Positions 27,958 through 35,407 of a stretch of 64,000 nucleotides of DNA are shown in pieces. Every line of letters begins with the position of its first letter. The stretch's first letter is position 1. The notes below the pieces were generated by a model. The model did not search any database, had not been told where the DNA came from, and worked only from the letters and a program-made list of their open reading frames with translations. Made by a program: the position numbers and the translations under genes. Location of the stretch: the NCBI GenBank assembly GCA_963724065.1, contig CAVRTB010000002.1, positions 116,073 to 180,072 on the forward strand. The letters run 5' to 3'. Source of the stretch: an uncultured Solirubrobacterales bacterium. Lineage in GTDB: Bacteria > Actinomycetota > Thermoleophilia > Solirubrobacterales > JBBDJG01.

Positions 27958-28767
27958 ATGGACGAGTACTTCAGCAACGCCTCGTCGATCCGGCAGGTCC
28001 ATCGCGAGCGCGCGATGGCGCTCGCCGGGCCGCGCGCGCTGCTGATGCAGGCGGCGCACCCGCTCGCCGTCTCGGGACTGCTGGCGCACTCTTCGGCGCT
28101 CGAGGAGCCTTACGAGCGGCTGATGCGCACCGCCGAGGTGATGAGCACCGTGACCTTCGGCTCGCGCGCGGAGGCCGATCGCGTCACGCGGCGCGTGCGG
28201 TCGATGCACGGGCGGGTGAGCGGCACGCTGAAGCACCCGGCCGGGCGCTTCGAGGCGGGTACGGCGTACCGGGCCGACGACCCGCAGCTGCTCCTGTGGG
28301 TGCTCTACACGCTGGTCGACAGTGCGATCGTCGTCTACCGCAAGTACGTCGGCGCGCTCGGCGACGCCGAGCAGGCGCTCTTGTGGGCCGACTACAAGGT
28401 GGTCGGCCGTCTGTTCGGGCTGCGCGCGACCGACATGCCGCGCGATCTCGAGGATCTGCGCGCGTACGGCGACGAGATGCTCGCCGGCGACACTCTCCAC
28501 GTGAACGAGTGGGCGCGTACGCGGGCGCGCGCGATCGTGCTCGAGCCTCCGGCGCCGCTGGCCGCGCGGCCGCTCGTGGAGGCCGTCAACTTCGTGACGG
28601 TCGCGCTGCTCCCCGACCGCATCCGGCGGGAGTACGGGTTCCTCGCGGTCCCTCCTACGTGGATGCGGCGCGCGATCGTCGCGGGCGGCGCCGAGTACGT
28701 CAAGCGCGCAGTGATCCCGTTTCTGCCCCAGCGCATGCGATACGTCCCGGCGGCACGGGCCGCGTGA
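27958..28767 (+). CDS. MpaB/DUF2236-family oxygenase-like protein
   Basis: RALLMQAAHPLAVSGLLAHSSALEEPYERLMRT and the following helices fit the DUF2236 pattern. ATG at 27958. Confidence 0.8.
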   Translation: MDEYFSNASSIRQVHRERAMALAGPRALLMQAAHPLAVSGLLAHSSALEEPYERLMRTAEVMSTVTFGSRAEADRVTRRVRSMHGRVSGTLKHPAGRFEAGTAYRADDPQLLLWVLYTLVDSAIVVYRKYVGALGDAEQALLWADYKVVGRLFGLRATDMPRDLEDLRAYGDEMLAGDTLHVNEWARTRARAIVLEPPAPLAARPLVEAVNFVTVALLPDRIRREYGFLAVPPTWMRRAIVAGGAEYVKRAVIPFLPQRMRYVPAARAA

Positions 28768-28777
28768 GAGCGGCGCC

Positions 28778-29272
28778 GTGAAGGTGCACACCCTCGAGCG
28801 GGTCCAGGAGCTCGCGCTCGACCCCGATGAGACGTTCCGTTTCTACGGAGCGATCGAGAACCTCGAGCGGATCACGCCGCCGTGGGTGCACTTCCGCATT
28901 CTCGACCCGCGCCCCGAAGTGCTCACCGCCGGCGCGCGCATCGAGTACTCGCTCGTGCTGCACAGGTTCCCGGTGCGCTGGATCACCCAGATCGACAGGT
29001 GGGAGCCGCCGCACCTGTTCACCGACTTCCAGGTCCGCGGGCCATACTCGCGGTGGGAGCACACGCACACCTTCGAGCCCACGGAACGCGGCACCCTGAT
29101 GCGTGACACCGTGCGCTACGCGATCCCCTACGGCCCGCTCGGCTCGCTCGCCCACGTCGCGTTCGTCCGCCGCGACCTGCGCCGCATCTTCGACTATCGC
29201 CGCGACACCGTCGAGGCCCTGCTCGGCCCCGACCGCCACACCCCAGCGCGCGAAACGTCACACCCGCGCTGA
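28778..29272 (+). CDS. SRPBCC (START/polyketide cyclase-like) ligand-binding protein
   Basis: 164 aa. ITPPWVHFRIL...RWITQIDRWEPPHLFTDFQVRGPYSRWEHTHTFEP is typical of COG4276-type SRPBCC proteins. Confidence 0.75.
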   Translation: MKVHTLERVQELALDPDETFRFYGAIENLERITPPWVHFRILDPRPEVLTAGARIEYSLVLHRFPVRWITQIDRWEPPHLFTDFQVRGPYSRWEHTHTFEPTERGTLMRDTVRYAIPYGPLGSLAHVAFVRRDLRRIFDYRRDTVEALLGPDRHTPARETSHPR

Positions 29273-29304
29273 CACCCGTAGCGCCTCGCCCGCCACCCTT
29301 CGGT

Positions 29305-29348
29305 GGTGGCGCGGATTCCTCTCGCATACCGATCGAAAGCCGCGCCAC
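29305..29348. repeat. 44-bp direct repeat, copy 1 (hairpin-forming)
   Basis: ggtggcgcggattcctctcgcataccgatcgaaagccgcgccac is identical to 30266-30309. The terminal arms GTGGCGCGG/CCGCGCCAC are inverted repeats around a 25-nt loop. Confidence 0.9.
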
Positions 29349-29365
29349 CACGGCGGGCCGTGCGG

Positions 29366-30253
29366 ATGCATCCAAGCGTTGTGGTGGCCGGGTTGGCAGC
29401 TTCGCAGCATGGAGTCGTCGCGCGGCGGCAGTTGGTCGCCCGCGGTCTAAGCGAGGCGGGGATCGGCCGCCAAGTCGGGTTACGGCGACTGCACCGGGTT
29501 CACGCGGGCGTCTATTGCGTGATGCCTCCCCACCTCCTATCCCTGAACGGCCGCTATCTCGCAGCGGTGATCGCGTGTGGCGCGGGCGCGCTCCTCAGCC
29601 ATCGCGATGCCGCAACTCTTTGGGGGGTCCGTCCCGTTGGCTCAGGCGCCGTCGACGTCACCATCCCGCGTGGCGGTAGCCGGCATCGCTCCGGAATCAC
29701 CGTTCACACCACTCGCTCGTTGCATCGCGGCGACGCGACGGCGCGGCAAGGGATCCCCTGCACCACGCTCGCTCGCACCCTCGTGGACCTCGCCGCCGTC
29801 GCCCCGCTGCGCTCCCTCGAACGGGCGCTCGAGCTGGCTCAGCACGAGCGGATCTTCGACGGGCGCGCGCTCGCGGCCGCGCTTGCACGCTCTCATGGGC
29901 GCCGCGGGACCGGCACGCTGCGCCGGCTGCTCGCCGCGCTCCCCGATCAGGCGCCCGTGAAGAACGAGTTGGAGCGCCGGTTTCTCGCGTTCGTCCGCGC
30001 CGAGGGGCTTCCCGGCCCGCGGGTCAACGAAGTGATCGGCATACACGTGGTCGACTTCCAGTGGCCCGCGTACGGGCTGGTCGTAGAGACGGACGGCCGC
30101 GCAACACACGACATCCCGAGCGCGTTCGAGCACGACCGGCGCCGCGACCTCTACCTACGACTGCGGGGCTGGGAGGTGCAAAGAGTGACCTGGCACATGC
30201 TCACCGACGAGCGCGAACAACTCGCCACGTTCCTCAGGCGCCGCCTGGCATGA
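29366..30253 (+). CDS. DUF559 (Vsr-like endonuclease fold) protein with an AbiEi-antitoxin-like N-terminal wHTH
   Basis: N-terminus SQHGVVARRQLVARGLSEAGIGRQVGLRRLHRVHAGVY (AbiEi_4-like). C-terminus ERRFLAFVRAEGLPGPRVNEVIGIHVVDFQWPAYGLVVETDGRATH...RRRDLYLRLRGWEVQRVTW (DUF559). I prefer ATG 29366 because the upstream ORF extension runs through the repeat element. Confidence 0.8.
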   Translation: MHPSVVVAGLAASQHGVVARRQLVARGLSEAGIGRQVGLRRLHRVHAGVYCVMPPHLLSLNGRYLAAVIACGAGALLSHRDAATLWGVRPVGSGAVDVTIPRGGSRHRSGITVHTTRSLHRGDATARQGIPCTTLARTLVDLAAVAPLRSLERALELAQHERIFDGRALAAALARSHGRRGTGTLRRLLAALPDQAPVKNELERRFLAFVRAEGLPGPRVNEVIGIHVVDFQWPAYGLVVETDGRATHDIPSAFEHDRRRDLYLRLRGWEVQRVTWHMLTDEREQLATFLRRRLA

Positions 30254-30265
30254 CCCCAAGGCCAC

Positions 30266-30309
30266 GGTGGCGCGGATTCCTCTCGCATACCGATCGAAAG
30301 CCGCGCCAC
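30266..30309. repeat. 44-bp direct repeat, copy 2 (hairpin-forming)
   Basis: Perfect copy of 29305-29348, starting 12 nt after the DUF559 stop codon. Confidence 0.9.
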
Positions 30310-30360
30310 GCGCCCGTTGGGGGGCAGGGCGCCCCCGGCGTCGGGCCGGCAGAGCGCCGC

Positions 30361-31239
30361 CTACGAGCGCGTGGTGGCCCGGGAGCGGGCGCGCAGGTCC
30401 TCGTCGCTCGACTCGGTGTAGGCGAGCATCCGGTTCGTGAGCGACACGAGCGTGCGCAGGTCCTCCGACGAGGGCGGCAGCTCGCGCCGCAGGCGGGCGC
30501 GGACGGCGTCCACCAGCTCGGGCGCGGAGCGCGACGCCAGCTCGAGCGCGACCGCGACGGCGTCGCGCACGACGTCCGCCTCCACGCTCCAGAGGGCCTC
30601 GAAGCGGCGGTCCATGTCCTTCACCGCGTCCTGGCCGGGCAGCTCCCAGCCGGCGAGGCATGCGGCATACCCGGGTCCATCGCAGATCAGGGCCCATTCC
30701 CGCGACGCGGGGTCGGAGCGGTCGAGCGGCAGCTCCGCCGGCGCCGACCGCGGCTTGCGCTTGCGCTCGAAGTCGGCGAACACGATCGCCGTGTCCGCGG
30801 TGCGGGCAAGGTCCTTCCAGCGCTGCTCGGAGCTGCGGTAGAAGCGCTCCCGCTGGAACGACCCGAAGAGCGCGGCCGGCTCCCCGCGCGCGCAGAACTC
30901 GTCCTCGATCGCGTGGCTCATGCCGAGCAGCGTGCGCTTCGTCAGGAGCGAGGGGATCAGGTCGGTGCGCCGCCGCCGCAACCCGGCGAAGACCGTCGGC
31001 GCGATGTCGTCCATGGTGTCGCGCGCCTTGTCGATCGCGGCCGGCAGCGCGAGGCCGCCCTCGCGCAACCTCACCACCTGGCGCAACCGGCCCACGTCGG
31101 CCTCGCTGTAGCTGCGGCGGCCGTTCTCGCGCCGCCGCGGCTGCGGGAACCCGAACCGCGACTCCCACATGCGCAGCACCGAGATCGCGATCCCGGTGCG
31201 CTCCGACACCTCGCTGATTCCGTATCCGGGCTCGTTCAT
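30361..31239 (-). CDS. MerR-family transcriptional regulator with a DICT-like C-terminal sensory domain
   Basis: N-terminal MerR HTH (YGISEVSERTGIAISVLRMWESRFGFP.P.R...G.R.Y). The C-terminal ~200 aa (LFGSFQRERFY...AIVFADF...WALICDGPGYAACLAGWE) fit the DICT pattern. Confidence 0.85.
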   Translation of the reverse strand: MNEPGYGISEVSERTGIAISVLRMWESRFGFPQPRRRENGRRSYSEADVGRLRQVVRLREGGLALPAAIDKARDTMDDIAPTVFAGLRRRRTDLIPSLLTKRTLLGMSHAIEDEFCARGEPAALFGSFQRERFYRSSEQRWKDLARTADTAIVFADFERKRKPRSAPAELPLDRSDPASREWALICDGPGYAACLAGWELPGQDAVKDMDRRFEALWSVEADVVRDAVAVALELASRSAPELVDAVRARLRRELPPSSEDLRTLVSLTNRMLAYTESSDEDLRARSRATTRS

Positions 31240-31268
31240 CGGATGGGAGAAGGTACGCGCTCGCGCCC

Positions 31269-31808
31269 TCAGGTGGCGGCGAGCGCCGAGCGCGCCTTCT
31301 TCATACCGAGCCGCACCCTGCCCTTGACGGTGCCCAGCGGGGTGCGCGTGAGCCGCGCGATCTCGTGGTGCGCGAGGCCGGTCCCGGTGAGGATCAGCGC
31401 CTCGCGCTGCGCGCGCGGGATCCCGTCGAGCGCCCGCCTCATCTGGCGTGAGCGCTCGCGTCGCAGCGCACCGTCCGCGGCGCTCTCGTGGACATGCGGG
31501 GTGCCGACCTCCTGGGTCGAGCGGTCGACCGCCCGCGCGAGTGCACGGCCGGAGCGCCAGCGGTCGATCGCCCGCGCGCGGGCGACCATCGAGACATAGG
31601 AGCCGAGCGACCCGCGAGCGGCGTCGTAGGCGCCGGGGCGCTCCCAGAGGTCCATGAAGAGCTCCTGCACCACGTCCTCCGCCGCAGCGTGGTCGCCGAG
31701 CACGCGCACGGCGGCACGACGCGCCCCGGGGGAGAGGTCGCGGTAGGCGCGGTCGAACTGCGCCGCGTCCGTGAGATCAGGCTTTGTGGGGCGGCTGACG
31801 TCGGTCAT
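31269..31808 (-). CDS. ECF-type RNA polymerase sigma-70 family factor
   Basis: Region 2 (AEDVVQELFMDLWER, YVSMVARARAIDRWR) and region 4 HTH (LAHHEIARLTRTPLGTVKGRVRLGMKKAR). GGGGAG Shine-Dalgarno sequence upstream. Confidence 0.9.
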   Translation of the reverse strand: MTDVSRPTKPDLTDAAQFDRAYRDLSPGARRAAVRVLGDHAAAEDVVQELFMDLWERPGAYDAARGSLGSYVSMVARARAIDRWRSGRALARAVDRSTQEVGTPHVHESAADGALRRERSRQMRRALDGIPRAQREALILTGTGLAHHEIARLTRTPLGTVKGRVRLGMKKARSALAAT

Positions 31809-31831
31809 AGTGCTCCCCTGCTTTCTAATCA

Positions 31832-31886
31832 GCTTGTTTAGCTTTCCTCAACAAGCCGTAGAGTACCCCCTTCGGGCAGATGTCAA
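31832..31886. promoter_or_regulatory. AT-richer divergent promoter region between the ECF sigma gene and the LOX-like gene
   Basis: On the minus strand, TTGACA (complement of 31881-31886), a 15-nt spacer, then TACTCT (complement of 31860-31865). On the plus strand, a TAGAGT -10-like hexamer at 31859-31864. A 7-bp inverted repeat GCTTGTT (31832-31838) / AACAAGC (31850-31856) lies just upstream. Spacing is suboptimal, so this call is tentative. Confidence 0.3.
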
Positions 31887-31922
31887 ACCGGCCGCCCGAG
31901 CGGCGGTTAGGCTTCCGCGACC

Positions 31923-32789
31923 TTGCGCCCGCGCCATGCCGCCGCTCCGATGCTTTTCGCCCTCGCCGCATGGGCCGTGTCGGCGGCCGCGAGCGGGACG
32001 CCGTCCGGACCCGCGCTGGCGGCCGACGAGCCCAACCCATGCACCGGTCCACATGCGGCGCGCCTGCGCTGCCCCGACATCCAGATGGGAGTCCCGGGCA
32101 ACCTGATGCTCGACCGCTACGAGGGCCGCGTGGTGCTGCGCGCCGCCAACAACCTCAAGAGCCGCGGCAAGGGCCCGGTGATGCTGCGCGGCAGGCGCAC
32201 CGGCGCCCGCACGATGAGCGCGCGCCAGCACATCTACCGGTTCGACGGCTCACGGCTGATCGTGCGGACCGGTGCGCGGCTCTACTTCAAGTACGTCGCA
32301 GGCCAGGGTCACTACTGGAAGTGGGCGGGCGCCGCGAGCTTCGAGCTGTGGTCGGTCGACCCCGACGGACACCGCGTGGAGCTTGTCCGCACCGGCCCGA
32401 AGGCGATCTACTGCCTGCGCGACCTGAAGCGCACGAGCCCCTCCCCGCGCTCGCCGCGAAGGCGTGTCTTCCCCGGATGCAGCAGGGACCCGGGCAAGCG
32501 CAAGGTGACCCTCGGCACCTCGGTCGGCTGGTCCGACGTCTATCCGTCCCGGTACTACCAGCAGTGGATCGACGTGACCGGCCTGCGGGGCTGCTTCGCC
32601 TATGTCCACCGGGGCGATCCCGAAAACCGGATCTGGGAGACCAACGAGGGCAACAACGACGCCCAGCGCATCGTGCGCCTGCCGTGGCGAGGCTCCGCAC
32701 GCGGCTGCCCCGGACGCGGACCGGCGGGCCGGCCGGCCCCTGATGGAATAGCATCGCCGCCCGGTGCAGACGGTTACCCAGGCGGTTGA
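31923..32789 (+). CDS. Secreted lysyl-oxidase-like (LOX catalytic-domain family) protein, tentative
   Basis: Signal peptide (MLFALAAWAVSAAASG). Segments GPKAIYCLRDL and GWSDVYPSRYYQQWIDVTGLRGCFAYV...ETNEGNN resemble the LOX catalytic domain (KxxFCLxD and DxY...QWIDIT). The expected HxHxH copper motif is not evident (GHYWKW). Confidence 0.6.
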   Translation: MRPRHAAAPMLFALAAWAVSAAASGTPSGPALAADEPNPCTGPHAARLRCPDIQMGVPGNLMLDRYEGRVVLRAANNLKSRGKGPVMLRGRRTGARTMSARQHIYRFDGSRLIVRTGARLYFKYVAGQGHYWKWAGAASFELWSVDPDGHRVELVRTGPKAIYCLRDLKRTSPSPRSPRRRVFPGCSRDPGKRKVTLGTSVGWSDVYPSRYYQQWIDVTGLRGCFAYVHRGDPENRIWETNEGNNDAQRIVRLPWRGSARGCPGRGPAGRPAPDGIASPPGADGYPGG

Positions 32790-34167
32790 TCGGGAGGCGG
32801 GAGCGGACCGTGGCGCACCCCGCGTCTGCGTGATCGGAGCCGGCTCCTCCGGCATCGCCTCCTGCCAGGTCCTGCACGCGCGCGGGATCGACTTCGACTG
32901 CTTCGAGAAGGGCTCCGAGGTCGGCGGCAACTGGCGCTACATGAACGACAACGGGATGTCGTCCGCGTACCGGTCGCTGCACATCAACACGTCGCGCGGC
33001 CTGATGGCGTACGCGACCTATCCGATGCCCGGCGACTACCCCGACTATCCGGACCACGAGCAGATCGCGGCCTACTTCGACTCGTACGTCGACCACTTCG
33101 GGTTCAGGGACAGCATCCGCTTCCGCACCGACGTGACGTCGGTGGAGCCGGCCGCGGAAGGCGGTTGGAGCGTCACCCTCGACGACGGGACGACCACGCG
33201 ATACGACGCGGTCATGGTCGCCAACGGCCATCACTGGGACGCGCGCTGGCCGGACCCGCCGTTCCCCGGCGCGTTCAACGGGCGCCAGATGCACGCGCAC
33301 GACTACAAGCACCCGGAGGGCATGGAGGACCGCAACGTGCTCGTGCTCGGCATCGGCAACTCGGCCACCGACATCGCCGTCGAGACCTCGCGGACGGCGC
33401 GCATGACCTATCTCGCGATGCGCCGCGGCGCGTACGTGATCCCCAAGTACCTGAAAGGCCGCCCCACCGACGAGCTGGGCTCGGAGCTGACGAGCCGGCT
33501 GCCGCTCGCGCTCCAGCGCTACATGTACGCGCGCTTCGTCAAGACCGCGCAGGGCGCGATGGAGGCCTATGGGCTGCCGCGGCCCGACCACAAGCTGCTC
33601 GAGGCGCACCCCACGATCTCGTCGGAGCTGCTCGCCCGCATCGGCCACGGGCGCATCACCGTGAAGCCGAACATCGACCGGCTCGACGGCGACGACGTCC
33701 GCTTTTCCGACGGCACCACCGAGCAGATCGACGTGATCGTGTACTGCACGGGCTACAAGATCACGTTCCCGTTCTTTCCCGGCGACTTCCTGAGCGCACC
33801 CGGCAACCGCATCCCGCTCTACCGGCGCGTGGTGTCGCCGCAGCACCCCGGCCTCTACTTCATCGGCCTGATCCAGCCGCTTGGCGCGATCATGCCGATC
33901 GCCGAGCTCCAGTCGGAGTGGGTCGCCGACATCCTCGAAGAGAAGGCCGAGCTGCCCTCACGCGCCGTCATGCGCGACGTCATCCGGCGCGAGGACGAGC
34001 GCATGGCCAAGCGTTACGTGCGCTCGCCGCGGCACACGATCCAGGTCGACTTCTACCCCTACATGCGCACGTTGCGGCGGGAGCGCGGGCGGGTGCGCCG
34101 CGGCGGCCTCGCCGCGCTGATCGCGCGGCGCTCGCACGAGCTGCGGACGGGATCGCCCGCGGGCTGA
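32764..34167 (+). CDS. Flavin-containing monooxygenase (class B FMO/BVMO-like)
   Basis: FAD motif VCVIGAGSSGIA, FMO motif FNGRQMHAHDYK and NADPH motif VLVLGIGNSATDIA. Overlaps the upstream gene by 26 nt. Confidence 0.9.
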   Translation: MQTVTQAVDREAGADRGAPRVCVIGAGSSGIASCQVLHARGIDFDCFEKGSEVGGNWRYMNDNGMSSAYRSLHINTSRGLMAYATYPMPGDYPDYPDHEQIAAYFDSYVDHFGFRDSIRFRTDVTSVEPAAEGGWSVTLDDGTTTRYDAVMVANGHHWDARWPDPPFPGAFNGRQMHAHDYKHPEGMEDRNVLVLGIGNSATDIAVETSRTARMTYLAMRRGAYVIPKYLKGRPTDELGSELTSRLPLALQRYMYARFVKTAQGAMEAYGLPRPDHKLLEAHPTISSELLARIGHGRITVKPNIDRLDGDDVRFSDGTTEQIDVIVYCTGYKITFPFFPGDFLSAPGNRIPLYRRVVSPQHPGLYFIGLIQPLGAIMPIAELQSEWVADILEEKAELPSRAVMRDVIRREDERMAKRYVRSPRHTIQVDFYPYMRTLRRERGRVRRGGLAALIARRSHELRTGSPAG

Positions 34168-34174
34168 GCATGCG

Positions 34175-34627
34175 TTGAAGCTCGAACTCGACCACGTCGC
34201 CGTCGCGGTCCACTCGATCAAGCCCGCGCTGGCGCTCTACCGCGACGCGCTCGGCGGCGAGTACCTGATGGGCGGGGACGTCGCGGACACCTGGCGCTGG
34301 TTGCAGCTGCGTTTCCCGGGCGGCGGCAAGGTCGAGCTGCTCGAGCCGCTCGGGGACGGCTTCCTCTCGCGCTTCCTCGAGCGCCGCGGGGAGGGCCTCC
34401 ACCACATCACCTTCAAGACGGACGACATCGACGCGGCGATCGCGCACCTCGAGGGACTCGGGATGGAGCTCGTCGACAAGAACGTCGAGGACCCTCACTG
34501 GAAGGAGGCCTTCCTGCGGCCGTCCAAGTCGCACGGGACGCTGATCCAGATCGCGCAGTCCTCGGCGCCGGACGACGTGGTCAAGCATCGCCTGAAGCCC
34601 TCGAACCTCGAGGAGCTGCTTTCGTGA
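34175..34627 (+). CDS. VOC-family protein (glyoxalase/methylmalonyl-CoA epimerase-like)
   Basis: LDHVAVAVHSIKPALALYRDALGG...GEGLHHITFKTDDIDAAIAHLEGLGMELV. Confidence 0.8.
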   Translation: MKLELDHVAVAVHSIKPALALYRDALGGEYLMGGDVADTWRWLQLRFPGGGKVELLEPLGDGFLSRFLERRGEGLHHITFKTDDIDAAIAHLEGLGMELVDKNVEDPHWKEAFLRPSKSHGTLIQIAQSSAPDDVVKHRLKPSNLEELLS

Positions 34628-35310
34628 CGGCGCCGCCGGACGCCGGCCTCTACCGGCGGGCGACCGCGGGGGCGCTGATCCTCGCCCCGGCGCTGTTGCT
34701 GCTCGACAACATCATCCACCCCGAGGAGTTCGAGCGCGACAACGAGGCGCGCCAGCTCGCCGAGATCGCGCAGCATCCCGACCGCTGGCAGTTCGCGCAC
34801 GCGCTCGGCTTTCTCGCGATCATGATCTTCGCCGTCGCCGTGCTGGGCCTCGCGTTCCTGGTGCGCCGCCACCGGCCGCGCCTGGGACTCGTCGCCGGAG
34901 CGCTCGGGCTCGTAGGGCTGATGGCGTTCTCCGCCGTGATCGCGCTCGACGGATTCACCTGGGGCGCGCTCGGAGAGGTCTCGAACCAGCGGGGCGTCGC
35001 CCCGACCACCACGGAGATCGCCCTGCACGAGGTGCAGCAATCGAGCTGGGCGCTCGTCTACTACGTGCCGACGCTCGGGTTCATCGTCGGGTTCACGATG
35101 CTCGCGATCAGCCTCGGGCGCCACGGAGTCGTGCCGATGTGGGCGGCCGGCCTTCTCGCGCTGGGCGCGGTGGCGTCCGCGATCGAGACGGTCGTGATCA
35201 GCAACGCCTACTTCATCGCGGCGTCGGCCGTGCTGCTGGCCGGCGGGATCGCCGTCGGATCGGCCGTCGCGCGGCTCAGCGACGACGAGTTCGCGCGCGG
35301 CGGCGCGTGA
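34624..35310 (+). CDS. Integral membrane protein, unknown function
   Basis: Six predicted hydrophobic helices. The GTG start overlaps the VOC stop (GTGA). Confidence 0.65.
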   Translation: MTAPPDAGLYRRATAGALILAPALLLLDNIIHPEEFERDNEARQLAEIAQHPDRWQFAHALGFLAIMIFAVAVLGLAFLVRRHRPRLGLVAGALGLVGLMAFSAVIALDGFTWGALGEVSNQRGVAPTTTEIALHEVQQSSWALVYYVPTLGFIVGFTMLAISLGRHGVVPMWAAGLLALGAVASAIETVVISNAYFIAASAVLLAGGIAVGSAVARLSDDEFARGGA

Positions 35311-35362
35311 GTGGTTTGACCGCCGATGTGAAATCCCTCTGGCGGGGCGTCACGCGCGCTGC

Positions 35363-35400
35363 TACCGTCGATCCTGGATTCGCTCGCGGCCCCGCCGCGA
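35363..35400 (+). promoter_or_regulatory. Candidate -10 hexamer, conserved CTGGATTCGC leader motif and a hairpin upstream of array gene 1
   Basis: TACCGT (35363-35368), a 5-nt gap, CTGGATTCGC (35374-35383), then the perfect hairpin TCGCGGC-ccc-GCCGCGA (35384-35400). The same 10-mer, preceded by a TANNNT hexamer, occurs upstream of array genes 2 and 3. Confidence 0.4.
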
Positions 35401-35407
35401 GAATTTC

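Noticed and set aside
29305-30309. Calling the repeat-flanked DUF559 gene an insertion sequence or transposon
   Set aside because: There is no transposase, integrase or recombinase, and the repeats are direct, not terminal inverted repeats. I report it as a repeat-bracketed cassette of unknown mobility instead.
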